Source: a virus (lineage: Duplodnaviria; Caudoviricetes). From it: a DNA stretch of 64,000 nt. Below, piece by piece: positions 9,242-19,322 of the stretch. The stretch lies in IMG/VR virus record IMGVR_UViG_2772190672_000001, positions 32,001-96,000 of that record; one strand, written 5' to 3'. Made by a program: the position numbers and the translations under genes. A model generated the notes under the pieces. It searched no databases. It was not told the origin of the DNA and worked only from the letters and a program-made list of their open reading frames with translations. Within the stretch, counting starts at the first letter, position 1; the number at the start of each line of letters is the position of its first letter.

Positions 9242-10999
9242 TCATGCGGCCAGCCCCAGGCACGAGGTGAGGACGCCGGGCACCACGTCGTAGGAGTGCT
9301 CGATACCGGCGGCGATCAGCTCCCGGGCGTAGGAGTCGAGCGAGGCGGTCAGGCAGTCCGGGCTGAGGCCGTATCGTGCGGCGATCTCGGGGACGCGCCG
9401 CCATGCGCCGTCCAGGAGCCGGTACTGCTCGACCTGGCCGGGCTCGACCTTCCACACGGTGTGGAGGGCGGCGGGCTGGAGGTCCCGGGCCCTCGCCCGC
9501 TCGGGGCGCGGGCAGACGGGAGTCCGCATCAGCTTCTCCCCCGCTGAGGACAGGGCGGCCCAGATCAGGCCGTCTGCAGCGGCGAGGAGGCCCTCGCGGG
9601 GGCGGCCTGCGGCCGAAGCGGGCAGGGTGCCCGGCTCGTCGGCGGTCTCGTCCACCGGCAGGTCCGGCCTGGTCGGCGGGTTCTGCTCTTGGCCCTGCTG
9701 CTGGTCCTGCTGTGTCTGGTCGGCGGTCTGCTTCTGCCGCGCGGCGATCTCCTCCGGGGTGGGGGCGTCGTCGTCGGTGAAGCCGGTCTCCCGGCGGAGG
9801 GCGTCGGCGGAGATGACGCCCCGGTCGAAGGCCTGCAGGGCCGTCTCGGAGCGGTTGGTGCGCACGCGCAGCGGGGCGGTGTCGAACCAGACCAGCCAGC
9901 GATGCCAGTCGTCGATGTTCTCGGCCTGCAGGAGCGGGCGCAGCCACTGCTGCGTCAGCGCGTAGGAGACGGTGGCGAGCTTGGGCTCGATGCCCATGCG
10001 GATGGCTTCACTCGTGAGCATCCAGGCGCCCCAGTGGTTGGCGTCACCGAGGCCGAGGAGGATCTCGGCGGGGATCTCCAGCGAGTTCGCGAACCGCTTG
10101 ATGGCTTCCTCGCGGAGCTTCAGCGCCAGCTCATCGAAGTTCGATTCGAACGTGAGGAGCTTGAAGTCGGCGATCGAGTCGGCGGGGACCTCAAGGACGA
10201 TCGGGACCGTGGCGGCGGCCGACTCGGGTTCGCGGATGGCGGTCTCGGCGACCGTCATCAGGATCTCGATCAGGTCGTCCTCGGCGTCGTTCTGCGTCGG
10301 GGTGGTCGGGAACCTGGTGCCCTTGGGGACGAGGAGGATGCCGCGCCCGGTCAGCCGGGAGCGGGCGATCGCCTTGACGGCAGCGTTCAGCAGAAGCAGT
10401 TCTTCCAGCAGGTCGAGGCTGGAGCGGACGGGGCTGTCGGCTTCGATGGCCCGCTCGGGGTCGGGCTCCCACACGCGGAGGGCTACGGGGCCGTCCGGGT
10501 CGAGGTTCTCGGGGTCGCCGGCCGGAATCACGATGTCGTCGCCGTCGACTTCGGCGGTGAGCTTCCCGGACTGCTGGCGGATCTCGCGGGTGGACAGCAC
10601 CCGCCAGTCATGGCCGTCCTCGGGCGAGTCCGGCGAGAGGACTTCGTCGTTCGGGCGGATGACGATCCAGCCTTCGCCGGGCACGGTCAGGTGCTTGCCG
10701 AACGTGCCGAGGAGCTTGGACTGTCCGTCGGGGCCGCCCGCGATCTGAGCAACGATCTCCGAGGCGCGGTGGTTGTCGGGGGCGCGTTCGATCGAGCCGT
10801 CTTCGGCGCGGCGGCCAGCGTAGAGGACGGCGCCGGACATGGCGTTGCCGATGTAGTTGGCGGCAAACCGGACTTCGGGTACCAGGTGGTACAGGTCCCA
10901 GGCGCGGTTCTGCCATCCCTGGTCGGTGGCGGTGGCCTTGCCGCGTCCGACCTTCCTGTCGATGTAGCGGGACGCTGCCGCTGCGATCTCGCCGCGCAT
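9242..10999 (-). CDS. Phage portal protein
   Basis: True start ATG at 10999 (TGATG coupling); WQNRAWDLY..VPEVRFAA, EILLGLGDANHW, ALRRETGF motifs; position between terminase and head genes. Confidence 0.8.
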   Translation of the reverse strand: MRGEIAAAASRYIDRKVGRGKATATDQGWQNRAWDLYHLVPEVRFAANYIGNAMSGAVLYAGRRAEDGSIERAPDNHRASEIVAQIAGGPDGQSKLLGTFGKHLTVPGEGWIVIRPNDEVLSPDSPEDGHDWRVLSTREIRQQSGKLTAEVDGDDIVIPAGDPENLDPDGPVALRVWEPDPERAIEADSPVRSSLDLLEELLLLNAAVKAIARSRLTGRGILLVPKGTRFPTTPTQNDAEDDLIEILMTVAETAIREPESAAATVPIVLEVPADSIADFKLLTFESNFDELALKLREEAIKRFANSLEIPAEILLGLGDANHWGAWMLTSEAIRMGIEPKLATVSYALTQQWLRPLLQAENIDDWHRWLVWFDTAPLRVRTNRSETALQAFDRGVISADALRRETGFTDDDAPTPEEIAARQKQTADQTQQDQQQGQEQNPPTRPDLPVDETADEPGTLPASAAGRPREGLLAAADGLIWAALSSAGEKLMRTPVCPRPERARARDLQPAALHTVWKVEPGQVEQYRLLDGAWRRVPEIAARYGLSPDCLTASLDSYARELIAAGIEHSYDVVPGVLTSCLGLAA

Positions 11000-11343
11000 C
11001 AGCGGGCCGTGAGGTCGCCGAGCGTGTCGTCCACGCGGTTCAGGAAGACGGAGGCGCCAGCGACCGCCAGCCACTCCAGGCCGTGGACGAGCAGCGGGCT
11101 GTCGTCCCACTGACCGGAGGCGAGGAGCCAGGTCACGAGGGTGGCGCCGCTGATCCACCAGCCCATGCAGTACACGCAGCTGATGAGGGAGACGACCCAC
11201 TCGCGGGGCTTGCTGTCGGGCTTGCGGGTCTGCCAGTCGAAGACGGCGCCGCGCGCCGGTTCCAGGATGGCGTCGTGGACGGCCAGCTGCGTTGCCCGGT
11301 ACCCGGCGGCAGCGAGGACGACTAGCTCCGGAACGCCGATCAT
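10999..11343 (-). CDS. DUF1360-like membrane protein
   Basis: YRATQLAVHDAILEPAR and LISCVYCMGWW motifs. Confidence 0.7.
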   Translation of the reverse strand: MIGVPELVVLAAAGYRATQLAVHDAILEPARGAVFDWQTRKPDSKPREWVVSLISCVYCMGWWISGATLVTWLLASGQWDDSPLLVHGLEWLAVAGASVFLNRVDDTLGDLTAR

Positions 11344-11697
11344 TCCCAACCCCTTGCTGAAGATCCTTCGGAATGCGGCGGCTCACTATAGGCATACGCC
11401 GTAAATCCTGCTCTAAAACTGATCTTCCACCGCAATACTTTGATCATCAGCCAGGTTTATACATCCCGTGCCGGTCTGTCTGCTCTGCTACGGTTCGGCC
11501 TCCGTCCTCCTCGGCCGGGAGTGACGTTCACGGGCGTCGGCGGCTATGCCGCTACAGCGTCCGGACGGCAGGTGTCGCGCAACCCCAGCCGCCGACGCCC
11601 TCTTCACACATCCGCTCGCGTAGTCAATTTCCGTACAGTCACCTGGGCTTTCCTGGGATCCTTCGTGCTGAGTCACGAGGTGGACAGGAGCCGAAGC

Positions 11698-12954
11698 GTG
11701 ATCATTCTTGATGCGTGCATTCTTCGCGGATCCGGCCTGAACAGCAGCAGCACGGATGTCCTGCGGGCCATACGCACTGCTGGTGTCGAGGGCGTCGCGG
11801 TCCCGTGGATGGTCATGGAGGAGCTTTCCGCGCAGCAGGCGATCAAGTACCGCAAGCAGTACGAGGCGGCGGCACAGGCGATCGAGTCCCTGGGCAAGCT
11901 GACGCCGTGGGGGCTGGGCTACCCGATGCCGGACATGGACCTTGACCGACTCCGGGAGCACTGGCGTAAGCAGTGGTCGAGCGTTGTCGATGTGATCCCC
12001 ACCAGCGAAGCCGCGCTTCGGGAGGGGGCGTTCCGCGAGGCGAACGGGTTGGCTCCTTGCAGGGACGACGGGAGAAAGACCGGGGCACGGGACGCGGCCA
12101 TATGGCTGTCGGCCGTCGAGTACGCCAAGGAACACGCGGATCAGACCGTCTACTTCGTCAGCGACAACACCCGGGACTTCGGGGACGGCACGAGCTACGC
12201 GGATCCGATGCGCACTGACATCGCCGAACTTGGGGAGCGGTTCGTCCACCTGACCGGCCTGGGCGAGGTCATCGACCGATTCACGGAATCCACGACCGTC
12301 GAGCAAGACGTCATCCAGCGCGCCGTGGAGTCCGAGGCTGCCCTCAGCGCCATCAGTCGTCTCGCGCACACCCTTGGAGGCGGCGGGAAGAGCACTGCCT
12401 GGCTCCAGGCGATCGGCGGCAGCGCGTTCCCGTGCAAGGTGGCTGATGAGAATCAGGAGCCCATTCACGTCAGCGCAGACGGCTGGCTCCACGATGCGTT
12501 GAGGACTCGGCCCACCACGATCAGCGACGTGGAGTCGTACCGCGTCGGCGATCATGTCTGGTGCACGGCTACCGTCCGATGGCTTGTCTATGGCACCGCT
12601 CTCTTCGGCAGCTTCCCGAAGATGGCGGCTTGCGCCTTCGAGGCACGGGTTCTGTTCGCTCCAGACAATGACGACCCCCGCCTGACGGTCCTCCGCCACT
12701 CCCCCTTCGAGCCCGCTACGGACGCCGAGTTCACCGAGCTGAAACCCGTACTGACGTGGAACTTTCTGCTGAGCGCGGACGAGTTGCGGGCACGCACGGG
12801 GGTGGACCAAGCCGCGCTCGCCAAGATCGTCGCGGATGGGGACACGAAGCTGTGGATGAGGGTCCTGGCAGCTACCACGATGCTGACCACCGGACTTTCC
12901 AAACCGCTGTCGGCCATCTCCGACATCCACATGGGCGAGACCCACGAAGGCTGA
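11698..12954 (+). CDS. PIN-domain protein (DUF4935/PIN-like), moron in opposite orientation
   Basis: AGGAG RBS + GTG; IILDACIL, VMEEL, RDAAIWLS, FVSDNTRDF acidic PIN active-site pattern. Confidence 0.8.
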   Translation: MIILDACILRGSGLNSSSTDVLRAIRTAGVEGVAVPWMVMEELSAQQAIKYRKQYEAAAQAIESLGKLTPWGLGYPMPDMDLDRLREHWRKQWSSVVDVIPTSEAALREGAFREANGLAPCRDDGRKTGARDAAIWLSAVEYAKEHADQTVYFVSDNTRDFGDGTSYADPMRTDIAELGERFVHLTGLGEVIDRFTESTTVEQDVIQRAVESEAALSAISRLAHTLGGGGKSTAWLQAIGGSAFPCKVADENQEPIHVSADGWLHDALRTRPTTISDVESYRVGDHVWCTATVRWLVYGTALFGSFPKMAACAFEARVLFAPDNDDPRLTVLRHSPFEPATDAEFTELKPVLTWNFLLSADELRARTGVDQAALAKIVADGDTKLWMRVLAATTMLTTGLSKPLSAISDIHMGETHEG

Positions 12955-13071
12955 ACAGGGCGCGTGTCACGGGCTCAGACCGTCGCGTGGCAGCGCACAC
13001 AGGTACTGCCGCCGGTCACCGTTGCCTCACACTGGCACTCCGACCTACCCACCACAGCGGAAGGACCCTGC

Positions 13072-13275
13072 ATGGCCGCCAGCGATATCGCACAGAACAT
13101 CTTCGGCGAGGGCGAGAAGGTCTACTACGCCGAGGGCGACGAGCTGAAGGTGGGCGAGGTGCTGGAGATAACGGTCGACGGCGACGTCAAGATCGCCTCG
13201 CAGTTCGCGGACAGCATCCTCACCCGCCACGAAAAGCATGTACTGGCGGTCCAGCCCTACGCTGAGAAGGGCTGA
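13072..13275 (+). CDS. Small beta-rich hypothetical protein
   Basis: GAAGGA RBS + ATG; high GC3. Confidence 0.65.
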   Translation: MAASDIAQNIFGEGEKVYYAEGDELKVGEVLEITVDGDVKIASQFADSILTRHEKHVLAVQPYAEKG

Positions 13276-13298
13276 TCACCCGGCAGGTGTACGCCGGG

Positions 13299-13568
13299 TC
13301 AGAACAGCGCCACGGTGCCCAACGGGCCGACCGGCATCTCGTCCAGCTCCTGGCCCTCCCCGGCCTCCATGAACTCCAGCTGCTCGGCCGGACGCGGCAG
13401 GTCCACGATGGCCAACGAGCCGGGGCAGGACACCAGGGAGTCCCCGTAGCGGGCGCGCCGGTCGGGCGGGTCGTGCCGACACAGCCGGCCCTTGCTGAGA
13501 CTTCCGGCTACCGGCCCGGCCGCGATCGGCCGCTGGCACTCCCTGCAGTGGACTCGGGGCAGTTTCAC
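13299..13568 (-). CDS. Small Cys/His hypothetical protein
   Basis: CREC...CRHD...CPGS. Confidence 0.6.
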   Translation of the reverse strand: MKLPRVHCRECQRPIAAGPVAGSLSKGRLCRHDPPDRRARYGDSLVSCPGSLAIVDLPRPAEQLEFMEAGEGQELDEMPVGPLGTVALF

Positions 13569-13739
13569 ACCGGTTAGTGTGCCGATGCCCGGCCTGCCGC
13601 GTACAGCAGACCGGGCACCCGGGCCCGTGCGGGCCGGCGTACCTCTACGGGATCCAGCGGCAGAACCACAGGTAGTCGGCCCCGCTGCGGTAGCTGTCGC
13701 GGACGTCTCGCAGCAGGCGGTAGATGCGTTCTGTCATGC

Positions 13740-15326
13740 TCACTTGCCGATCCTCCGTCCGTACGCCTGGGCCGGGCCGCCCGGCCGGCCGGTGCGCCCG
13801 TACTGGCCGGGCTGCGGCGCGGTCGGCAGCGGGGCGTGCACGATAGCGCCCTGGTTGACCTCCGGGATCAGGCCGTACACCAGGACACAGGAGGCGTCGA
13901 TCCGGCCAGGGCTGTCGGAGTCGGTGGGCTGCCACGTCGCCCATTCGTTCTCCAGGTCCACGAACGCGCCGCGCAGCCGGATGCGGTCCTCGACCATCTG
14001 CTGGGCGATCGGCTCCGCCCTGAGCAACTTGCCTTGCTTGGCGCTGACGGCGTCGATCATCGGCATCAGCTTGCCCTTGGGGATGCGGCCCTCATCCTGA
14101 AGCGCCTGCCAGGCGGTGCTGATTGCCAACGTGCACATGTCTCGGCCGTAGTTCCACTCGACGTAGATCACGCCGGCGTTTGTCTCGTGCGCGAGCAGGC
14201 AGGCGGTGCGGGACCACTCGGCCGACGACATCGCCTTCGTCTTGTCGTGCGTGATCCACACCCGGTTGTCGGCGCCGAGGAAGCCGCCGATGACGCCCGC
14301 GGTGTCCCGGCCACCGCCGGACGGGTCGATCGACACGGCGATCTTCTGCGGCTCCACCACGGTGATGCCGTCGCGGATCGACCGCAGCAGGTCCCGGGAG
14401 ACGAGCGCGCCCTCGGACGGCTGCGGGTCGCCCTGCGACAGGGCGTGCCAGTCCCGCACCGTCGACGTCCGCTTCACGTCGCTCCACCAGGCCAGCAGCG
14501 CCCGCCGGTTCCTCGTGGGGATCTTCGGGTGCGGCAGCGGGTCGCCGTCCTGCCGGCCGAGCGGATCCGGCCCGAACTTCGATGGGTTGGCGATCGCCGG
14601 GAGGTGGACGACCTTCCACCGGCCGCCCTCCTCCAGCCGGCCGTCCTCCTCCAGCCGGCGGCCCGCGAAATCGTCCGGGTGCCAGCGGGTCTGGATCGCC
14701 ACCACCGCGTTGCGGTCCGGCTGCAGACGCTTCAGCGCGGCCGACGACCACCAGTCGTGGACGCGTTCGCGCATCTTCTTCGACTCGGCCTCGGCACGGT
14801 CCTTGTGCGGGTCGTCCACGACCAGCAGGTTCACGGAGAAGCCGGTGAGGCCCGCGCCGAGGGACACCGAGCGGACGCCGCCGCCCTGGTTCGTGTCGTA
14901 GTCCTGTGCGGCCTCCGACCCGGGCAGCAGGGACAGCCCGAACTCGCCGCCGTACTCGCCGATGTACTGCCGGATCGTCTTGCCTCGGCGCAGCGCCAGG
15001 TCGTCGGAGTACGAGGTGACCGCCACCCGGTCCTCGCCGTGCAGACACAGCCACCAGAACGGGAACCACTCGGCCGTCGTGGTGCTCTTGCCCACCTGCG
15101 CCGGGGTGATCACGAGGAGCCGGTCGTACTCGCCGCGCTCCAGGTCCACGAGCGCATCGCTGATGACCTTCAGGTGCGGGCGCATCCGGTAGCTGGGGTC
15201 CAGGCCGCGCGCGAGCGTCGCGGGGTCCCGCAGCAGGTCCCGGGCGGCTGCCCGCTTCGCGGCCTGCAGCCGCGCGTACACCGCGGCGTCGTTCAGGTGG
15301 CCCAGCTCCGGGGCGAGCGTGGTCAT
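13740..15326 (-). CDS. terL: Terminase large subunit
   Basis: Walker A PAQVGKS, Walker B VVDDPHKD, IQTRWH coupling motif, nuclease SIDPS and SPGRIDA. Confidence 0.93.
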   Translation of the reverse strand: MTTLAPELGHLNDAAVYARLQAAKRAAARDLLRDPATLARGLDPSYRMRPHLKVISDALVDLERGEYDRLLVITPAQVGKSTTTAEWFPFWWLCLHGEDRVAVTSYSDDLALRRGKTIRQYIGEYGGEFGLSLLPGSEAAQDYDTNQGGGVRSVSLGAGLTGFSVNLLVVDDPHKDRAEAESKKMRERVHDWWSSAALKRLQPDRNAVVAIQTRWHPDDFAGRRLEEDGRLEEGGRWKVVHLPAIANPSKFGPDPLGRQDGDPLPHPKIPTRNRRALLAWWSDVKRTSTVRDWHALSQGDPQPSEGALVSRDLLRSIRDGITVVEPQKIAVSIDPSGGGRDTAGVIGGFLGADNRVWITHDKTKAMSSAEWSRTACLLAHETNAGVIYVEWNYGRDMCTLAISTAWQALQDEGRIPKGKLMPMIDAVSAKQGKLLRAEPIAQQMVEDRIRLRGAFVDLENEWATWQPTDSDSPGRIDASCVLVYGLIPEVNQGAIVHAPLPTAPQPGQYGRTGRPGGPAQAYGRRIGK

Positions 15327-16012
15327 GACTCACCGCTGTCTTCGTCCACCGGCTCCGCGCCCCGCTCGCCGGCCGCCTCGCCTGGCTCGTCGTCGTCCTG
15401 GTCGTCGCCGGGGTCGTACGTGCCGTCATCCTCGTCGTCGGTGTCGTCCAGGGCGTGCGCGCGGCGGGCGACCGTCGCGGCCAGCTCGGCGAGCCGTACG
15501 CGCCGCTGCTCCGGGGGCAGCTTCTGGAACTCCTCGACCTGGACCGTCAGCGGGTCGCCGCCGGGCCCGGTGACCGCGATCGTCTCCGTCGGGTCGCCGA
15601 ACAGGTTCCGGCGCAGCCGCATCGTGGTCTCCACGAACCGCGTGAACTCCATGACGGTCATCGAGCCGACCTGCTGCTGGATGTGGGGCAGCGCCTGGCC
15701 GACCATGCCGGTCATGATCCGCAGGATCTTCGCGTCGTCGCGGGCGGACTTGCGGCGCTCCTCTTCCATCTCGGCGGTGTACTGCTGCTGCTGGTGGGCG
15801 TCCCAGGCTGCGGCCCGGTCCTGCCAGCGGTACTGGGCGGCGAGGGCTCGGACGTGGCTGTACGAAAGTGCTAGCTGGTCTGACGCTTTTGCAAGGGTTC
15901 TGGTGAGGCCGAGGTCGCGGAAGACGAGGAAGCGGGAGTGCCGCTTGGGGGTCTCGCCGGGCTGTCGCTCCCACGGGTCGAGGGTGGGGTCGAGGGTGAT
16001 GCGGTCGCTCAT
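15323..16012 (-). CDS. Terminase small subunit-like protein
   Basis: PWERQPGET...F..FRDLG..R HTH-like N-terminus, W..RA.AWD, VTGPGGDPL; directly upstream of and overlapping terL. Confidence 0.7.
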   Translation of the reverse strand: MSDRITLDPTLDPWERQPGETPKRHSRFLVFRDLGLTRTLAKASDQLALSYSHVRALAAQYRWQDRAAAWDAHQQQQYTAEMEEERRKSARDDAKILRIMTGMVGQALPHIQQQVGSMTVMEFTRFVETTMRLRRNLFGDPTETIAVTGPGGDPLTVQVEEFQKLPPEQRRVRLAELAATVARRAHALDDTDDEDDGTYDPGDDQDDDEPGEAAGERGAEPVDEDSGES

Positions 16013-16145
16013 GGGTGCTCACGGTCCTTCTGTCCCGGCCCGGGGGGGGTGGGCGGGTGCTCCGGTGGTAGGCGCGAGCCCGCAAAGCCGGTGTGGGGGT
16101 GGGGGCTTTGCGGGCTGTGGCCATGCGTGGGTGCGTCGGGCGTGG

Positions 16146-16976
16146 CTAGGCCGTGGTGTCGGCCTTGGCGGCTTCCTCGGCTTCCTTGGCGGCTTGCTCG
16201 ACTTCGCGGCGGGCGATGTCGGTGAGGAGGGCGATCATGGTGGTGAAGTTGCGGACGTCTTTGCAGCGGCCGAAGGCGTACACCGCGGCGGCGAAGTCCT
16301 CGAACATCTCGACGGGGGCGGCGCCGACGAGGTCGGTGCCGTTGGCGATGGCGGTGATGGCGTCCTTGAAGTCCTCCATCTGGTGCGGGAGGAACATGAG
16401 GGTGGCGGAGCGCCAGTCGAACTCGCCGTGTGGGATGGCCAGCTTGGTGTCGTCGGGTTCGACGGTGGGGAGCTGGTTCTCGTCCAGGCCGGTGGCGATC
16501 AGGTCGTCCACGTTGTCGATCATGGAGACGAGCTGTGCGAGGACGTCCTTGTCGGGATCGCCGTGCAGCTCGTTGTGGGCAATCTGCTTGGCGATGACCT
16601 CGGAGCGGCGCATCGTGCGGGTGTCGATGATGGCGGGGATCTGCTGGAGGCCGGCGGCGCGTGCGGCGCGGGAGCGGTGGTGGCCGGAGATGACCTCGAT
16701 CGGGCCGGTTCCGCCGGGCTGGTGGCAGTAGGGCAGGGACTCGACCATGCCGCGCTTGCGGATGTTGCCGGTGAGCCGCTCGAAGTGGCGGGGCTGCATG
16801 ACCTGGGCGTTGATGTCCTGCTCACGGAGGGAGGCGACGTCGACCCAGCGGATGAACAGGTCCTCCCCGATCTGCATGACGTCGCGGGCCGGGTTCTCGG
16901 TGCTCCAGGACATGCCGGTCGGGTCGGGGTCCGGGGCCTGGGCCGGCTCCTGGTCCTGGGGGGCCGGGGTGGTCAC
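16146..16976 (-). CDS. ParB/Sulfiredoxin N-terminal domain protein
   Basis: GTG overlapping upstream TGA; NAQVM, IEVISGHHRSRAA, HNELHGD. Confidence 0.8.
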   Translation of the reverse strand: MTTPAPQDQEPAQAPDPDPTGMSWSTENPARDVMQIGEDLFIRWVDVASLREQDINAQVMQPRHFERLTGNIRKRGMVESLPYCHQPGGTGPIEVISGHHRSRAARAAGLQQIPAIIDTRTMRRSEVIAKQIAHNELHGDPDKDVLAQLVSMIDNVDDLIATGLDENQLPTVEPDDTKLAIPHGEFDWRSATLMFLPHQMEDFKDAITAIANGTDLVGAAPVEMFEDFAAAVYAFGRCKDVRNFTTMIALLTDIARREVEQAAKEAEEAAKADTTA

Positions 16977-18430
16977 TTCTTCTTCGCCTTGCTGCGGCTT
17001 GCGCGCCATGCCTGCTCCTTGGTGATGAACGCGGTGAGGGTGGTGGGGATGTCGGTGGTGGACCAGTCGGCGCGGTACGACAGCTTGTAGCCGTCCGGGT
17101 GCTTGGCCCGCGATTCCAGCTGCATGAGCCCGCGCAGGCCCTTGGCCTCGGGGTGGCGGGTGTACTCGACGGTGACGAGGCCGTTCGATGCTGCCAGCAG
17201 GATCTCCGAGGCGCCGGTGAACACGAGCTTGGCGCTGTCGCGGCGCAGCGCGAGCATCGTCGCCAGGCGGGTCAGGCGGAGCTCGTAGTGGGGGGCGCCG
17301 AACGCGAACCGCATCAGCAGGTGCGTCGTGTACTTCGTGGCGCCGGGGTACGGGCGGGTCATCGTCTCCGCGCCGTAGCCGATGACGCCGGCGACGAAGC
17401 CGTCCACGATGACGAGCATGTTGTACGAGCCGGGCGCCGCGGCGAGCCGGTGCATCCACAGGTCGCGGTAGTAGTCCACCTCGGTGCCCTTGGCGGGGAC
17501 GACCTCGACGCGGGACTGGTCGGTGACCTGGTGGTCCGGGGGGATGATCGGTAGAGAGGTAGGCGCGGTGGACCGGGACATGCCCAGGGCGACCTTGGGC
17601 CCTCCGGTGAGCTTGAAGATCTCCTCCGGCCGGTTGCTGATGACGAAGGCGCGGGCGACGTCGCCGAGCGGGTGCGCGAACACCGGGGTCTCGTGGGCCG
17701 CGATGCCGGAGCGCTCCTCCTGCAGGAACATCAGCAGGGCGGCCTTGTCCCGCATGTGGTCGGCGAGCCGCTGCATGTCGACGTCGGGGTCGAACACCGA
17801 GTAGGGGGGCTCGTTCCACTCGACGCGGCCGCCGGTGTCGAAGAACTTCTCGAAGCCGGCCTTGTACGTCGGCGGGGCGGCGATGATGATCGCGTGCGGG
17901 TCGTCCTCGGCCTCGGCGATGTGGTCCCACATGCACTTCGGGGTGAACTTGACGCCGGGGAGACGGTCTGCGATCTGCTGGAGCGAGCCGACCAGGCGGG
18001 CCTTGTGCTCGTCTTCCCGCTCGATCATGTCGGTGACGAGGTTCGTCCAGTAGTCCACCTCGGGCTTGGCCTGCATGCGCGCGAGCCAGTGGACGTACAG
18101 GAGGTGCGCGGCCTGCTCCACGATCGGGGCGTCGGGCAGCTCGACCGGCTCGCCGTCCAGGGTCATGCCCAGCGACGTGAGGTCGCCGCCTGACACGCAG
18201 GTGCCGACGATGCCGGTGTAGAGGGTGACGTCGGACGTCTCCATGCACGACGGTGGGATGCCCGCGTTGGCGGCGACGAGCGCCGCGGCGAACGAGCCCA
18301 CGCCGACCTCGACGTAGCGGGTGTACTGGTCGCGGGGGAGCCTGTTGAAGACCTGCCGGTAGAAGGCGCGGTCTGGCGCTGAGGAGTTGCCGGCGAACAG
18401 CACTCCGGGTGCGGCGAATCCTGCGGGCAT
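16973..18430 (-). CDS. Putative DNA modification enzyme (adenine methyltransferase-like N-terminus, possible GNAT-like C-terminus)
   Basis: YVEVGVGS (SAM-binding motif I-like), IIIAAPPTY (variant of D/NPPY); start uncertain. Confidence 0.6.
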   Translation of the reverse strand: MPAGFAAPGVLFAGNSSAPDRAFYRQVFNRLPRDQYTRYVEVGVGSFAAALVAANAGIPPSCMETSDVTLYTGIVGTCVSGGDLTSLGMTLDGEPVELPDAPIVEQAAHLLYVHWLARMQAKPEVDYWTNLVTDMIEREDEHKARLVGSLQQIADRLPGVKFTPKCMWDHIAEAEDDPHAIIIAAPPTYKAGFEKFFDTGGRVEWNEPPYSVFDPDVDMQRLADHMRDKAALLMFLQEERSGIAAHETPVFAHPLGDVARAFVISNRPEEIFKLTGGPKVALGMSRSTAPTSLPIIPPDHQVTDQSRVEVVPAKGTEVDYYRDLWMHRLAAAPGSYNMLVIVDGFVAGVIGYGAETMTRPYPGATKYTTHLLMRFAFGAPHYELRLTRLATMLALRRDSAKLVFTGASEILLAASNGLVTVEYTRHPEAKGLRGLMQLESRAKHPDGYKLSYRADWSTTDIPTTLTAFITKEQAWRASRSKAKKK

Positions 18431-18871
18431 GCCTGTCCCTGGGGGAAGGTGGCGGATCGCTCGGCCCACAACCAGCAGCGTCGGGCAAGGGTAGTCGCTG
18501 ACCTGCTAGGGGCTGGTGGCCATGGTTCGCGACAATGTTGCACCCGAGCTTCGCCGGAGTGCCCCAGTAGCCGTCGTTGTTTCGGCTGGTCCAGTCCGTG
18601 ATGGTTTCCGGGATGAGATCCGCGATGCTGTTCGCAGTCTTCGGTGCAGCAGTTGGATGCAAACTACGCACCCGACCAACTGTCTCGTGTCTCCAAGAAT
18701 TGCGGTAGTCTCGGAAGCACTTCCTGATTACGTCTTCTGAATGCGTAATCCGTGAAACGACCAAGGCCCCGCCCTCCCGTAGGTTGCGACCCTACGGATC
18801 GCGAGGACGAGGCCCTGGCTTGGTGGTGTGAGCCCTGGCCGAGCTGAGTGCTCAGCTGGGGCTCACGCGTT

Positions 18872-19000
18872 TCACGTACGGTGCTCGATGAGCCACGCGA
18901 CCACGAGGAAGACCTCGCAGCTCGCGCTCACACGCTCCGAGGAGACGTGCGCACGTACGTGTTTCTCCCACCGATCTTTCAGCCACCGAAACAGCTTCAA
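18872..19000 (-). CDS. 42-aa small protein MKLFRWLKDRWEKHVRAHVSSERVSASCEVFLVVAWLIEHRT
   Basis: Below ORF-track cut-off; GAAGGGAG RBS 6 nt before TTG; followed by strong hairpins. Confidence 0.45.
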   Translation of the reverse strand: MKLFRWLKDRWEKHVRAHVSSERVSASCEVFLVVAWLIEHRT

Positions 19001-19322
19001 GATCGGCTCCCTTCGGCGAAGCCGGGTTTACCCCGGCACCACAAGGGACGCGGTCGCGCCCCCACGTGTCGGGTGCGGTCCGTCATCCCCCTGAAGGAGT
19101 AAGCAGCAATGTACAGCGCGGCCTGGACGAATCCCCAATCTTCGGTGCTCATCCGGAAGTTGCGGCAACAGCCGTTCCATAATCGGATCAAAATCGATCA
19201 GAATTGGCTACATATCGAAAGCTCTAGTCTCGGTTGCCGGCTTCCATCGATCCAGGCCGGCTCGTTACCGGGCATGCGAACGCCCCCTGCCCCGGAAGCG
19301 GGGTCACAGGGGGCGAACCATA

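Noticed and set aside
16146-18764. 872-aa ORF as one protein
   Set aside because: The N-terminal ~600 aa is an off-frame shadow of the methyltransferase-like gene; the ParB gene starts at GTG 16976.
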